This document shows positions 39,201 through 47,916 of a stretch of DNA of 64,000 nt, piece after piece; positions within the stretch are counted from its first letter, which is position 1; each line of letters begins with the position of its first letter. This DNA comes from Octopus vulgaris (lineage: Eukaryota): assembly GCA_951406725.2 (NCBI GenBank), contig OX597824.1, positions 87,544,001-87,608,000 on the forward strand. The letters are read 5' to 3'. Under the pieces are notes generated by a model that was not told where the DNA came from, ran no database searches, and worked only from the letters and a program-made list of their open reading frames with translations. Position numbers and translations under genes: made by a program.

Positions 39201-40226
39201 TGGCAATTATGAAAAGATAAACCCCAATTTACATTTTACATTTCATTTGTTAATTAATCTTCACTCATTGTCGTTAATTAATTTTCTCTCTTTTCCAAAT
39301 CACAGAAACATGCTTTTAATTCAGAACCATTTGGCTTAGTTTAGTGCTTTGACATCTCATTTAATTACTCCAATTATATTCGTTTCCACTGAGTTAATTA
39401 ATAGACGTTTGTTTTGGACATATAAAGTTTTCCTTAATGTATATTAATAATTTTATATATGTCATCAATGTTTATTTACTTAAAACTTAGTAAAAAAAAA
39501 AATTTTTATCATTTTTATATATATAAACATTTTCTTTAAAATTTTAAGGGGTCTTTTAAGAATTGATTACTTTTGTTTCCATGTTCTTTATTTTTTTTTT
39601 TTACATTAACTAAAATGTATTTTTTGTACTTAAGTTTCTAAGTAAGTGTAACTTAACTATTTTCTATAAATGCGAGTGTGTATGTTTGTGTACAAAGTAG
39701 ATACTGACTTGTCTCTACCCAAGCATTGTCAGTGAGCAAAGCTAGTCCCTTACTGGCTCAACTGGTGACTTGGATTTTAAGTCAAGTCTAACCCAGCTCC
39801 TCATTATTTCTGCAGGCTAAAATGTCTTCTGTGGAACCAATAGATCTGACAGGCGGAAGCAGGGATCTGATAGCCATTTCAAACAGTGGACCCCTGTCCA
39901 GAACATTGTCTACGCCTGCCATGTTGGGCATGGCTGGGCCACCATTGGGAGGGGACCCTACAGGAGCAGATATGTCTGGGCTGGACCCTCGCAAACTCAT
40001 CAAACCTTGTACAGTGAAATTGGCAGCCATACCCCGTAGTCTGATGCACTCCAACAGTCTGACCATCAAACCATCACCCTCGACAGAAGACATCAAGCAA
40101 AGACTAAAGACTGTCTTGCTGAACCAATCTCGGCAGTCTTTCGACGGCCGACTTCACCAATCCGCTTCGGAACCCTCTTCACCCTCAACACATGCACCCG
40201 ATACTTTGATGACCCACAGTCATTAA
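1023..40226 (+). CDS. CABIN1: CABIN1-like gene, 3' portion (24 coding exons; 5' exons lie upstream of the window)
   Basis: The spliced translation contains motifs I recognise from vertebrate CABIN1: [131 protein letters not shown]. All junctions are GT-AG with consistent phases; exons sum to 4472 nt. Confidence 0.95.
1192..1420. mobile_element. TTAA-flanked piggyBac-type MITE (family 2); relatives at 11755-11860, 12831-13058, 15445-15600, 37395-37580
   Basis: ttaaccgtttagtgtt...aacaccaaaaggttaa terminal inverted repeats; dispersed similar copies. Confidence 0.7.
1885..2217 (-). mobile_element. tRNA-derived SINE (family D); other copies 27718-28060 (+) and 57003-57310 (-)
   Basis: tRNA-like A/B boxes (ggctcagtggttagagc...gagttcaattc) and a shared body across three copies. 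Confidence 0.75.
2352..2442 (+). CDS. CABIN1: CABIN1 exon ([30 protein letters not shown])
   Basis: ttttcactcag acceptor, ag/gtaaga donor; phase 0 to 1. Confidence 0.85.
2522..2894. mobile_element. Mariner-type MITE with nested hAT-type MITE at 2554-2716
   Basis: Outer TIR ggggtactgaaaagtcctg / caggaacttttcagcaccc; inner caagggtc...gacccttg with 8-bp TSD ttttaagg/ctttaagg. Confidence 0.65.
3395..3885 (+). mobile_element. SINE-like repeat with (GAT)n tail (family C); copies at 9815-10030, 14115-14500 (-), 15785-15930, 29730-30165, 30455-30665, 30665-30860 (-), 50590-50795, 55920-56085 (-)
   Basis: Shared core ggcgttaggaagggcatccagc...ccatgctagcatggaaa...gatgatgat. Confidence 0.8.
3917..4086 (+). 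CDS. CABIN1: CABIN1 exon ([24 protein letters not shown]...TSAE)
   Basis: tatttcag acceptor, gaa/gtaagc donor; RCQSLE motif. Confidence 0.9.
4540..4900 (-). mobile_element. Decayed non-LTR retrotransposon 3' fragment
   Basis: Minus-strand peptide [24 protein letters not shown] resembles the F.PRT...WN.LP..VF....DL..FK C-terminus of LINE ORF2. Confidence 0.4.
5262..5348 (+). CDS. CABIN1: CABIN1 exon ([29 protein letters not shown])
   Basis: ttttcacag acceptor, cag/gtaaga donor; resembles IPERPAQLLLLQDSL. Confidence 0.88.
5543..5848. repeat. (CT)n, (AT)n and mixed (GT/AT)n microsatellites
   Basis: Seen directly. Confidence 0.95.
5878..6002 (+). CDS. CABIN1: CABIN1 exon ([19 protein letters not shown]...AGMD)
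   Basis: ttttccag acceptor; ga/gttcgt donor chosen because it gives the phase 2 the next exon needs. Confidence 0.8.
6430..6905 (-). mobile_element. CR1/L2-group LINE 3' fragment (ORF2 C-terminus plus 3' UTR)
   Basis: LRRLAADL...[12 protein letters not shown]...[19 protein letters not shown]...FK is the typical CR1-like ORF2 end. Confidence 0.85.
7442..7615 (+). CDS. CABIN1: CABIN1 exon (AILNEPSS...[12 protein letters not shown])
   Basis: ttttgtag acceptor, aa/gttagt donor; VLPW..L..II motif. Confidence 0.9.
7751..8165 (-). mobile_element. tRNA-derived SINE family A, head-to-tail dimer
   Basis: Two ~185-bp units; TSD tttccttatgtatgcc (7735-7750 / 8179-8194); central gcctttcatcctttcggggtcgat domain (MetaSINE-like, from memory). 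Confidence 0.85.
8640..8830 (-). mobile_element. Penelope-like terminal fragment with degenerate minimal hammerhead (8729-8763)
   Basis: Minus strand gttt CCGACGA A GAGC tcc GCTC GAAA TG TT aaac. Confidence 0.55.
9060..9176 (+). CDS. CABIN1: CABIN1 exon (EESKLHS...[15 protein letters not shown])
   Basis: tctttacag acceptor, ag/gtaagt donor. Confidence 0.92.
9341..9735 (+). mobile_element. tRNA-derived SINE family B with internal (TA/TG)n; copies at 1470-1835, 11865-12230, 16940-17290, 17500-17710, 24375-24870, 24880-25260, 27135-27665, 45950-46400, 51622-51879, 53605-54030, 56820-56925
   Basis: Head gtggctctgtggtaag...gggttcagtccc, shared body and gactgaaacaag tail in many copies. Confidence 0.85.
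10396..10603 (+). CDS. CABIN1: CABIN1 exon ([12 protein letters not shown]...[23 protein letters not shown])
   Basis: ttttcccag acceptor, cag/gtaaat donor; highly conserved block. Confidence 0.95.
10760..11305 (+). mobile_element. R4/Dong-type non-LTR retrotransposon C-terminal fragment (CCHC finger plus restriction-like endonuclease), frameshifted
   Basis: [24 protein letters not shown], then [21 protein letters not shown] and VVIGALG motifs. Confidence 0.8.
11537..11638 (+). CDS. CABIN1: CABIN1 exon ([34 protein letters not shown])
   Basis: tatttcag acceptor, gag/gtaaat donor. Confidence 0.95.
12493..12547 (+). CDS. CABIN1: CABIN1 exon ([18 protein letters not shown])
   Basis: aag acceptor, g/gtatat donor; resembles LANLLKRIATIVP. 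Confidence 0.85.
13110..13194 (+). CDS. CABIN1: CABIN1 exon ([28 protein letters not shown])
   Basis: ttttgtaag acceptor, ac/gtacgt donor; V.AYIEG motif. Confidence 0.87.
13315..13760 (+). mobile_element. Fold-back Penelope-like non-autonomous element: ~173-bp inverted arms, a hammerhead in each arm, unpaired 3' tail
   Basis: Arms 13315-13487 / 13502-13674; tail ...tttcaacacacaatttcacatcaaaaatcttgcaaa shared with other copies. Confidence 0.75.
13550..13594 (+). ncRNA. Minimal type I hammerhead ribozyme, canonical core (mirror copy on minus strand 13395-13439)
   Basis: ggacca CTGATGA G GTCAt aggagt GTGAC GAAA GAAC TC^ tggcc; stems I-III can form; predicted cleavage after CUC (13589). Confidence 0.7.
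13934..13996 (+). CDS. CABIN1: CABIN1 exon ([20 protein letters not shown])
   Basis: ttttttag acceptor, gt/gtaagt donor. Confidence 0.93.
14897..15008 (+). CDS. CABIN1: CABIN1 exon ([37 protein letters not shown]), TPR region
   Basis: ctttccag acceptor, tcg/gtaagt donor. Confidence 0.95.
15147..15452. mobile_element. piggyBac-type MITE family 1 with an internal SINE fragment
   Basis: ttaacccttttgttac...gaaagggttaa termini. Confidence 0.7.
16753..16914 (+). CDS. CABIN1: CABIN1 exon (TELRMDQ...[22 protein letters not shown])
   Basis: attacag acceptor, ttg/gtgaga donor. Confidence 0.93.
17797..18009 (+). CDS. CABIN1: CABIN1 exon (MHWFPLN...[15 protein letters not shown]...HYKE)
   Basis: poly-T gtttag acceptor, gag/gtaaaa donor. 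Confidence 0.93.
18615..18707 (+). CDS. CABIN1: CABIN1 exon ([31 protein letters not shown])
   Basis: attccag acceptor, gaa/gtacgt donor; YPKKI.Y..PP.LA.E.LE motif. Confidence 0.93.
19057..19190 (-). mobile_element. Single arm of the 21-kb fold-back family, with hammerhead fold at 19147-19183
   Basis: Minus strand cta CTGAAAA G GTTGC aagac GCAAC GAAA AT TT tag; near-identical to 21112-21230. Confidence 0.65.
19296..19447 (+). CDS. CABIN1: CABIN1 exon ([14 protein letters not shown]...[16 protein letters not shown])
   Basis: pyrimidine tract plus atcag acceptor, aa/gtaagc donor. Confidence 0.9.
19987..20995 (+). CDS. CABIN1: CABIN1 large exon: Ser/Thr/acidic disordered region ending [26 protein letters not shown]
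   Basis: ttttgtag acceptor, aag/gtatgt donor; lies inside the 449-aa ORF. Confidence 0.93.
21063..21353 (-). mobile_element. Fold-back Penelope-like element (~120-bp arms, centre ~21233) with tail at 21063-21111
   Basis: tgttgtgtctggggagagtc...gactctccccagacacaaca palindrome; the tail reverse complement matches tails at 13715, 55340 and 58960. Confidence 0.75.
22398..22632 (+). mobile_element. SINE family A full-length monomer
   Basis: ggtgagctggcagaaacgttagc...gagttcaaattcc...aaagaaata. Confidence 0.8.
22922..23032 (+). CDS. CABIN1: CABIN1 exon ([37 protein letters not shown])
   Basis: gatttcag acceptor, cag/gtttgt donor. Confidence 0.92.
23158..23745 (+). mobile_element. SINE with family-B-like head, expanded (TG/TA)n core and (GAT)n tail
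   Basis: tRNA-like head, microsatellite 23300-23505, gatgatgatg end. Confidence 0.65.
23845..23970 (-). mobile_element. Penelope-like fragment with hammerhead core (23895-23932); internally deleted relative at 56660-56790
   Basis: Minus strand cac CTGATGA A GGCTG gaaggtatat CAGCC GAAA; stems III and I are decayed. Confidence 0.6.
24129..24292 (+). CDS. CABIN1: CABIN1 exon ([23 protein letters not shown]...RTPDAG)
   Basis: poly-T ccttag acceptor, ag/gtcaga donor. Confidence 0.95.
25880..26456 (-). mobile_element. SINE family A head-to-tail trimer
   Basis: Three ~185-bp units with identical junction gcagacgaaatac/ctatttctttac; flanking direct repeat ctc(t/a)ctggtttct. Confidence 0.85.
26859..27093 (+). 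CDS. CABIN1: CABIN1 exon ([13 protein letters not shown]...VIMKNA)
   Basis: aatttcag acceptor, gcg/gttggt donor. Confidence 0.9.
28414..28647. mobile_element. Fold-back element (same group as 54188-55380 and 58557-59000)
   Basis: ttttgttgtatcttgggagggtca...gcactggttct / agaaccagtgc...tgaccgtcccaaaacacaacaaaa inverted arms. Confidence 0.65.
28684..28791 (+). CDS. CABIN1: CABIN1 exon ([22 protein letters not shown]...QPSL)
   Basis: ttcctttag acceptor, ctg/gtaact donor; LEQA.+FCQ motif. Confidence 0.85.
31491..31844 (+). CDS. CABIN1: CABIN1 penultimate exon, low complexity ([14 protein letters not shown]...[16 protein letters not shown])
   Basis: ctgtctacag acceptor, cag/gtgcgt donor; GC-rich open frame, phase 0-0. 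Confidence 0.8.
32805..33505. repeat. ~700-bp polypyrimidine/polypurine degenerate minisatellite (TTTCCCTCCAC(C/T)TCTCTC)n
   Basis: Almost exclusively C/T on the + strand. Confidence 0.95.
35637..36192. mobile_element. Mariner-derived palindromic MITE with transposase C-terminal remnant
   Basis: TA-flanked TIR tgagggtgagtcaaaaagt; internal [14 protein letters not shown]...[21 protein letters not shown]...DYVEK*. Confidence 0.9.
39816..40226 (+). CDS. CABIN1: CABIN1 terminal coding exon ([12 protein letters not shown]...[17 protein letters not shown]...THSH*)
   Basis: ttctgcag acceptor, GC-rich ORF; contains a segment resembling the CABIN1 MEF2-binding helix SEETKQKLKSAILSAQS. Confidence 0.85.
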   Translation, partial: AKMSSVEPIDLTGGSRDLIAISNSGPLSRTLSTPAMLGMAGPPLGGDPTGADMSGLDPRKLIKPCTVKLAAIPRSLMHSNSLTIKPSPSTEDIKQRLKTVLLNQSRQSFDGRLHQSASEPSSPSTHAPDTLMTHSH

Positions 40227-43095
40227 GTTTTGTATATACATCTTCTCTTTTTTTTTTTTTTATTTTTTTTTTTACCAGCTGATAAACGAAATAAAATATG
40301 AATTTTTACCTCAAGAATTCTTTTACTGTGTGTGTATGTGTACCTGAAATATGTTAGATATATGTCAAACCTTTTTATAAATTATTCTGTTCAACAGACA
40401 GCTATATAGAAATTTTCTATACTTCATATGCTTCTCTTTCTACAGACACATTTTATGGATTTTTTGGATTTTTTTTTTTTTATATAAATAATTACAGTTA
40501 ATTAATGACATTGACGTTCGTTACAGTTTTCAGAAAATAAATTATTTTGGATATGTGAACTTTGTCAGCAGTAACTTTGGTACATTCAAGTTGTCGTTAG
40601 GAACCCAATGAAATTATTACCTAATTAACATAGCAATAATCCTTAACCGTTTACTAAACTAGAAATAATTTTATTCTAATAAAGTTGATTCTTTGTTTTA
40701 TCAACTGTAACTTATGTACATTGGGGCAATCCTTTAGGATTCATTCACAATGCCACAATTCTTTTGCTTTGAACCAAATCACTTCCATCAGCTTCACATT
40801 CCATACTTCAAACTCCATCCATCATTAAGCATCCTGTTTTCTGTTTATAAATTCTCTTAAAATGCCTTAACTTTTGAAATATCTTTCCAAAATTTCACAC
40901 CATGTTGACTAACATTTTAGTTTTTAAACCAAATAACACGATTTATTTATTTATTTATTTATCTTAATCATTTTTTTTTTTTTTTATCAAAGTGTTTAAG
41001 TTTATGCTTTTGAAGTGATGAAATATTTAGAAATTAAGCACCTATTGTTTGTCTTTCTTCTGTTAAATCGTGTTGCTAATATTCTAAATATTTTACTTAA
41101 GTCTTTTGTTATCACTGATGGCAGACTGTTCACTCATACAGTTTAGTTTTGCGAACTCTTTCTTTCAGAAAAAAAAAAAAGCATTTTAGTGAGTATTCCT
41201 TATTTTGATATTGGAAAATTGAACAAATAAACATAAGGGGGAAAGAGAAAAAGGGTAGAAATAGACCAAATTTTTATGGCTAAATTTGCCTATAGAATTT
41301 TAAATTCTTTTCAAAATTTAATGAAAAAATTGAAAAAAAATTAGATGATTTTATAAAATGCTTATATTTAATTTATATGAATATAAATTATATATAATGC
41401 AAACATTACATACTTGTTAACAAATTATGTGACATTGAAATAATTTTAAATTATTAAATTTATTTCTCATTATTTTTATAATTATCTAATATAGCAATAT
41501 CTAGCTTTGGAACATTTTCTCAAAATGTTTCTGTGGAACATTTTCTTAAGCAAGAAAAAACTTAGAAAATAAATTAGCAAATTACATAACTTGCCAGATT
41601 TTAATCCCAAAGATTATAAGGGCTCTGAGATTAAAGCAGGGAGATATTACATGAAAGTTCATGGTCCAAGCACTAACTATAGATATTGTGTTGCAAACCT
41701 GAGAAAACTGTAGGTTTTCTAAGCTTCTACTGTTACTCATAGTTCAATGGTTGGTAGTTGAGTATAGGGCATCTAGTTACTAAAACAATCTTTGTTTCAA
41801 TATTTTGTTTAATGTCTAAATTTGTAATAAAAAAAAAAAAAGGGAAAAGAAAAAAAAGAAAGCCTTCCACTCTTGCTAGCATGGGGATAATGAGTGTAAG
41901 ATGGAAAAAGACAACAAAAAAAAAAATCTAACGGTGACTTCATAATGTTTCTACTCATACTTAAAAATATCTTTCAGATGAAAAATGTCCACAAGAATTT
42001 TTATTATTATTGAGACTGCTTAAAGTATAAAGTAACCATTATAAATGAGAAAACGGTGGACTGGTGACACAAATGAAATCTTCGGTACTATTACATTTCA
42101 TTTGAAATGATTTTGCTCTCTCTCTTTCGGGGAAATCGTAAGCTTTACAAATACCAGTTTCCTCTGTCGTCCCAATCATTATAATTTTCAAAAATTGTTT
42201 AACCTATTTCTCATTATTCAAATAAAAGTCAAAATCCTGAGCTGTTTGTTGCAGACTTCTTTGTTCAGTTGAAGAATAAGAACCACTAAAAAAATGTAAG
42301 AAACCTTTTTGAAAAATGACAATTATTAATAATTATTATATAACTTATGCTAACATTTTAAAATATCAGTATACGTAACTGAAGCTGTATTTGATTAAAA
42401 TAACCATCCATGTGCCACACTTAAAGTATATACACAGTCGATAGGCCTGTTACTTCAGTATTTGTCATGAGATACTATCTCCTGTGGACTTGTGTGTTAA
42501 AAACACAGTAAGTATCAAAGAGAGACAAAAAGTCATCTCAGCAGTGGCCAGCTACAGCACTAAATGCATTCCAGCTTCTTGGGGCACCATTGAAAAGTCC
42601 CAAATAAGCTTAAATGTGTCTGGTATTCTTTCTGGCTGCTATTGGAGCAATTCTTCATCTCTGATGTTTACTATGCTTTTTTTTTTTTTTGTTAACATGG
42701 CATGTCCATAAGGGATGTTACCTCAGAACATATACCACCATAACTGGCTGATCAACAGTGTATATACATTATGTATGATACATAGATGGCTATATAATTT
42801 CTGTTTTTTAATCTGTCATCTGGTACTAACAGCAAGAGTATTAAGACTATCCTCCTCTGCTCTTTTAATATTATTGACATTAATTTAATGTTTGTTTTGG
42901 CATACTGTGGATAAACACTTTTTTTTTGTTTGTTATCTGACTAATTTCAACTTGGTACATAAGATACACTCTCTCTTTCTCTGAAGTTATTTGCTTATTT
43001 TTAAGGAATGTTATTAGTGTTGAAATTAGAGAAAGACTGAAGCAAGTAAGGCACTTTAGTGGAAGACACAACACTTATGATGGTAGAAATATAAT
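40227..43095 (+). other. Candidate long AU-rich 3' UTR of CABIN1
   Basis: About 2.9 kb with no recognisable SINE/MITE, U-rich, several AATAAA (near 40290, 40537, 40678, 41226, 41827, 42221); the end is not determinable. Confidence 0.45.
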
Positions 43096-43097
43096 TA

Positions 43098-43485
43098 ATT
43101 AACCCTTTCATTACTGTATTCATTTTGAGATGCTCTGCATTTCTTTCAATTACTATAAGTATAACAAAGAATTTAGTAAAATAACTTAGTTATCATTCAG
43201 CTAGTTTTAGGAAGATAAATTGTGACTAAGGTTTGGTGGAAGATTTTAATTCAATACTTATGAAAACAAGACATTTGTACTACAGAGCCAAAGCCGGTTT
43301 CAGGCATTTGAGATACTCTGTGTTTCTTTCAATTACTTTAAATATAACAAAGAATTTAGTAAAATAACTTAGTTATCATTAAGCTAGTGTTAGGAACATA
43401 AATTGTGACTAAGGTTTGGTGGAAGATTTTAATTCAAAACCTAGAGCCAGAGCTGGTTTCAGCCAGGTTGGTAATGAAAGGTTTA
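43098..43485. mobile_element. piggyBac-type MITE family 1, internally duplicated; other copies 28840-29060, 43990-44218, 54455-54650, 54719-54947, 54997-55225, 60362-60590, partial 19735-19812
   Basis: TTAA-CCCTTT(C/T)(A/G)TTAC termini and a shared ~230-bp body. Confidence 0.85.
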
Positions 43486-44650
43486 ATAAAGATTAGACTA
43501 TTAGTTTTTTTTTGTTTTTTTTTTTAGATTCTTTTATTTCCTTAATGCTAATGAGTTAGATGGTAAATTTGAAACCAAGAGGAAAATTAAGTTTTGTCAT
43601 TCATTTGTTTTAACACTGAAACATGGTGAACAGGAGAGATTGTGTATTGGCTACCATTGTTTAGTATTCCTATGAATATACAGCAAAAAAAGCAGATTCA
43701 GTGTGGTGGGAGTGGAGATGGTTCCGGTCCACAGCTCCGGCACTCAAGCAGCAGATGTAAATTAGCAAATGTGTCTTCATACAAACTTTATCTGATTGAA
43801 TTTCTATATCCATTGCCATCTCGAGTTAATTGAAGGATTTGCTGGTGCAAGATTTAAGATGGTATCATCTTTGAGAGATTTTAGCTGTTCCATTGAGTAG
43901 AAATTCCCTGGTGATATTGGTGTGGAACCCTTTCGATGCCGACCCCTGCCTTGGAACCAGTCTTAATTCTATGATGTGAATTTCATGATTTAACCCTTTC
44001 ATTACCATATTTCTGTTGAGATACTCTGTGTTTCTTTCAATTAATTTTAAGTATAACAAAGAATTCAGTAAAATAACTTGGTTATCATTAAGCTAGTGTT
44101 AGGAACATAAATTGTGACTAAGGTTTGGTGGAAGATTTTAATTCAGAATTTTTGAAAACAAGGCATTTGTACTACAAAGCCAGAGACGGTTTCAGGCGGG
44201 TTGGTATCAAAAGGGTTAAAGCAGTCTAAACAAGGAAGGAATAAAAAAAAACCTTCCATGAAAATTTTTATATTAATTCATATTGAAAACAAGTTATTTT
44301 AATGAATCCTTCGTTATTTTTTAAATTAATTGTGCTGGCACAAGATGGTATCAACTTTGAGAGTGTTGCTCCTTTGAGTAGAAATTCCCTTAATGATATT
44401 GTTGTGGAACCCTTTTAATGCTAATCCCTGACTTGGAACCAGTTTTAATTCTACAACATGAATTTCATGATTTAAATCAATCTAAATGAAGGAAAAAAAA
44501 TAAAAGAGGAAAAAAATCCTGCCATGAAAATATTTTTATGTTAATTTATATTCCAAACACCAGCTTAATGATGACAAAGTTGGTTTACCAAATTCTTCAT
44601 TATTTTCAAAATTAATTGAAACAGAAGCAATCAGTGTATTTCAACGGAAA

Positions 44651-45035
44651 TCTCTATATATAAAGCTGAAGTTGTCTGTGTGGCAGGTTTGGTAGCCTTC
44701 AACGAAAACTATATCCGCCGAGACCCTGCGGCGCAAGTTGACCAAAATTGAGAGTATGACAGAAGGCTTGCTCTTCTTTCCGTAGAAGAAAAATTCAAAT
44801 TGGACCATGTTAACACCAAAAATTATTTACAACAAAAAGATGCTTTTTTTCTATGAAAATCCCTAATTTTTATGATTTTTTGACTGCTGTGTCGTCCTTT
44901 TTCGGTGTATTTCAACCAGAAAAATGTTCATTTAAAAGAGAATAACAAGCTACATAATGCAAAATTTTCACTTTTCAAAAATTCCAATTCTAAAGGGTCG
45001 AAACAAACCTGAGTAACGCCGGGCTATACTGCTAG
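44651..45035 (+). mobile_element. Non-autonomous Helitron-like element
   Basis: A/TCtctatatataaag 5' end, GC-rich subterminal segment and CTAG/T 3' end, no TSD. Confidence 0.75.
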
Positions 45036-46213
45036 TTTATTAGTAAAATTTAATTTCAAATCAGCTGTAATTGAGCAGACTTATGATCAGGAGTTATAGC
45101 AGCTATGAGTTTTTTTTAAGCCATTTTCAGAAGTGAATATTCCAGTTCCATAAACTAAATTCATTGAACATGTCAGAAGCTGAGCATTCCACAGACACTT
45201 GTATCTTTGATATAATCCTCAGGCAGAACCAGTATGACCTAATATTTCACAAGGCTGGTACAATCAAACCAGTGACCACCTGTGCTAATTTTTTCTACCC
45301 AGTCTTACAACGGTTTAGCTGACCAAGTCTATGGTACAACATACTTATCCAAAGTGGAATCAAAGCTAGTAACTCAATTGCAAAGCAAATTTCTTAACTA
45401 TTTGGCCATGCCTGCACTTGGCTTTCCTCCTCTAAGACCACATTCATTATCCAATGTAACTTAATGGTTCAACAAAAGAGACTAACAGAATAAGTATCTG
45501 ACTTCAAAAAAGAGAAGTACTGGAGTCGATTTATTTGACTTAACCCTTGAAGGTGATGCCCCAGCATGGCCACAGTCTAATAACTGAAACAAGTAAAAAA
45601 GGAAAAAATATATATTGATATATTGAAAGCATTTTACTTGGGTTTCTTACACTTTACCAGTTATATAATGTGTTTGTTAGCAAAAAGAAAAAAGTAACTT
45701 GGACTACATTTAAAAAAAAGGGAATAAAAGGGCCATCTGGATGATTAACAAAGTCTCTGCAAGTGCCAGCCCACAGATGTGTTGTCTCCTCCTCTTATTA
45801 CTACACCTGGTCCCACCCATGCTAGCATGGAAGGTGGACATTAAACGACAACGACGATCCTCATTTGCAAACAGAACCTTTCCTTCTTCAGAGGGAAATA
45901 ATAAAGGACTTTGCCCAAAATATTAGAATCCATGTCTCCCAACAAACTTTGCAGCTATGTGGTTTCAGGTTCAGTCCTATTGCACAGCCCCTTAGGCAAA
46001 TGTCTTCTTTCATAGCCCTAGGCTTTACCAATGCCTTGTGAGTGAATTTGGTAGAAGGAAACTGAAGAAACTTGTGTGTGTGTTTGAGTTTATGTGTTGT
46101 CCCCCACCACTGCTTGACATCTGCTGTTGGTTTCTTCACAACCCCCATAACTTAGCAGTTTGACAAAAGAGACCAATATAATAAGTACTAGGAGTTGGTT
46201 TGTTCAGCTAAGC

Positions 46214-46345
46214 CAGTGGTTCCCAACCGTTTCACTTCCAGGACCCCTTTTATTTAAATGAGTTTTCCCATGGACTCCAGGATATTCAAAGGTCTGTCAG
46301 CTTAATATAGTCACAGATGACCAGTACTACCTTTGTGGACCATTG
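46214..46345. mobile_element. hAT-type MITE inserted in a SINE
   Basis: cagtggttcccaa...gtggaccattg termini, 8-bp TSD agctaagc/aactaagc. Confidence 0.65.
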
Positions 46346-46653
46346 AACTAAGCCCTTCAAGACTGCCCCAGCATGGCCACAGTCTAGTAGCTGAAACAAG
46401 CAGAGGATAACTAACATCTGCCAATGCAGACCACTTAATTTCCTTTAGTCTTTGGTTTTAATTTGTTACTAGAATTACTTTGACAGTTAATATGCAAATA
46501 TCCATATTTGGAAAACACAAGGCAGTTGAGGAAATACACTTTGAAAACAAAACATTTTTCCCTATTTCAGGTAAATATTCTTCAATTGAACAGGTGCAGT
46601 TAAATAATTTTAAGCAAAATAATTTGGGTTCTTGCAAGAATATAACATTTAAA

Positions 46654-47012
46654 TCTCTCTATATATAAAGTTGAAGTTGTCTGTGTATAGCAGGTTTGGT
46701 AGCCTTCAACTAACACTATCTCCTCTGAGACCCTGCGGTGCAAGTTGACCAAAATTGAGAGTATGATAGAAGAAGGACTATGTTAACACCAAAAATTATC
46801 TACATCAAAAAGGTGCTTCTTTCTATTAAAATCCCTATATTTTACGATTTTTTGACTGCTGTGTCACCATTTTTCGGTGTATTTCAACCAGAAAAATGTT
46901 CACTTAAAGAGAATAACAAGCTACATGATACAAAATTTTTACTTTTCAAAAATTCCTATTCTAAAGGGTCGAAAAGAAAACAAACCCAAGCAACACCGGG
47001 TGATACTGCTAG
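46654..47012 (+). mobile_element. Non-autonomous Helitron-like element, second copy
   Basis: Same TC...CTAG termini and body as 44651-45035, with a small internal deletion. Confidence 0.75.
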
Positions 47013-47916
47013 TATGATTAAAAGGAAAAAAATTTCACCTGATTTTACAATACCAAATTTGAGTAATCATTGTGAAATGTGATCCTATAGGCAAAAGATA
47101 CTCTAGGGGTCATAGTCTTCGATCTTCCTGTACATTAGATAGCAACAGGTCTCCAATGATCCTGTTTTTGAGCATATCACCTGCATCTTACTAGATGATG
47201 CTAAGTTGCTTCAACTCTTCTTTGAGGATGGTATACCATGTCTTCTAGGATCTCCTCTCTTCCTTCAGCCCTGTGATGGTACCCATTGCTTAGCTATCTT
47301 AAGTATTCATTCCACAGACACGTGTACCCTTAACGTAGTTCTTGGGGAGATTCAGCGAGACGCAGTGTGTGACAAGGCTGGCCCTTTAAAATACAGTTAC
47401 GACTCATTTTTGCCAGCTGAGTGAACTGGAGCAACGTGAAATAAAGAGTCTTGCTCAAGGACACAACACACCTCCGGGAATTGAACTCATGAGCCGAATG
47501 CCCCTAACCACTAAGCCACATGCCTAGATAGAAAATAATCTAAGGAATAATAAAGCTAGAACTGTAAACACAGTCTCCTGCAGGCTGCACGGATTGGCTT
47601 ATCTCAAGATTTCAGAGTTTGTGATTTTGTTCCTTTAGCTGATCTTGAGTATTCTGCATAGGCAACTTTAGTGGAATGCCTTTGTGTGGTCATATTTTCC
47701 AAGCTTCCATTACATATTTATGAATCAATTAAAATATCCAAAGCATTTGTTCCCTTTATTTAAAGATCCAATGTAGTTGCAGCAGCTTCTTTTAAATTCT
47801 TGATGGTTTCTGTGCTCTAAAGACCCCACAGTAGAAGTACGACACTTTTACCTGTTTGGTAAGTGTTTTATGGCACTGAATGCTGTACTCCGTTCTCTGT
47901 CAGTTGAATTCTTTCT

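Noticed and set aside
47100-47900. Decayed RTE-like LINE fragments on the minus strand
   Set aside because: Only a weak WVPSQG*RKRGDP similarity; too degraded to call.
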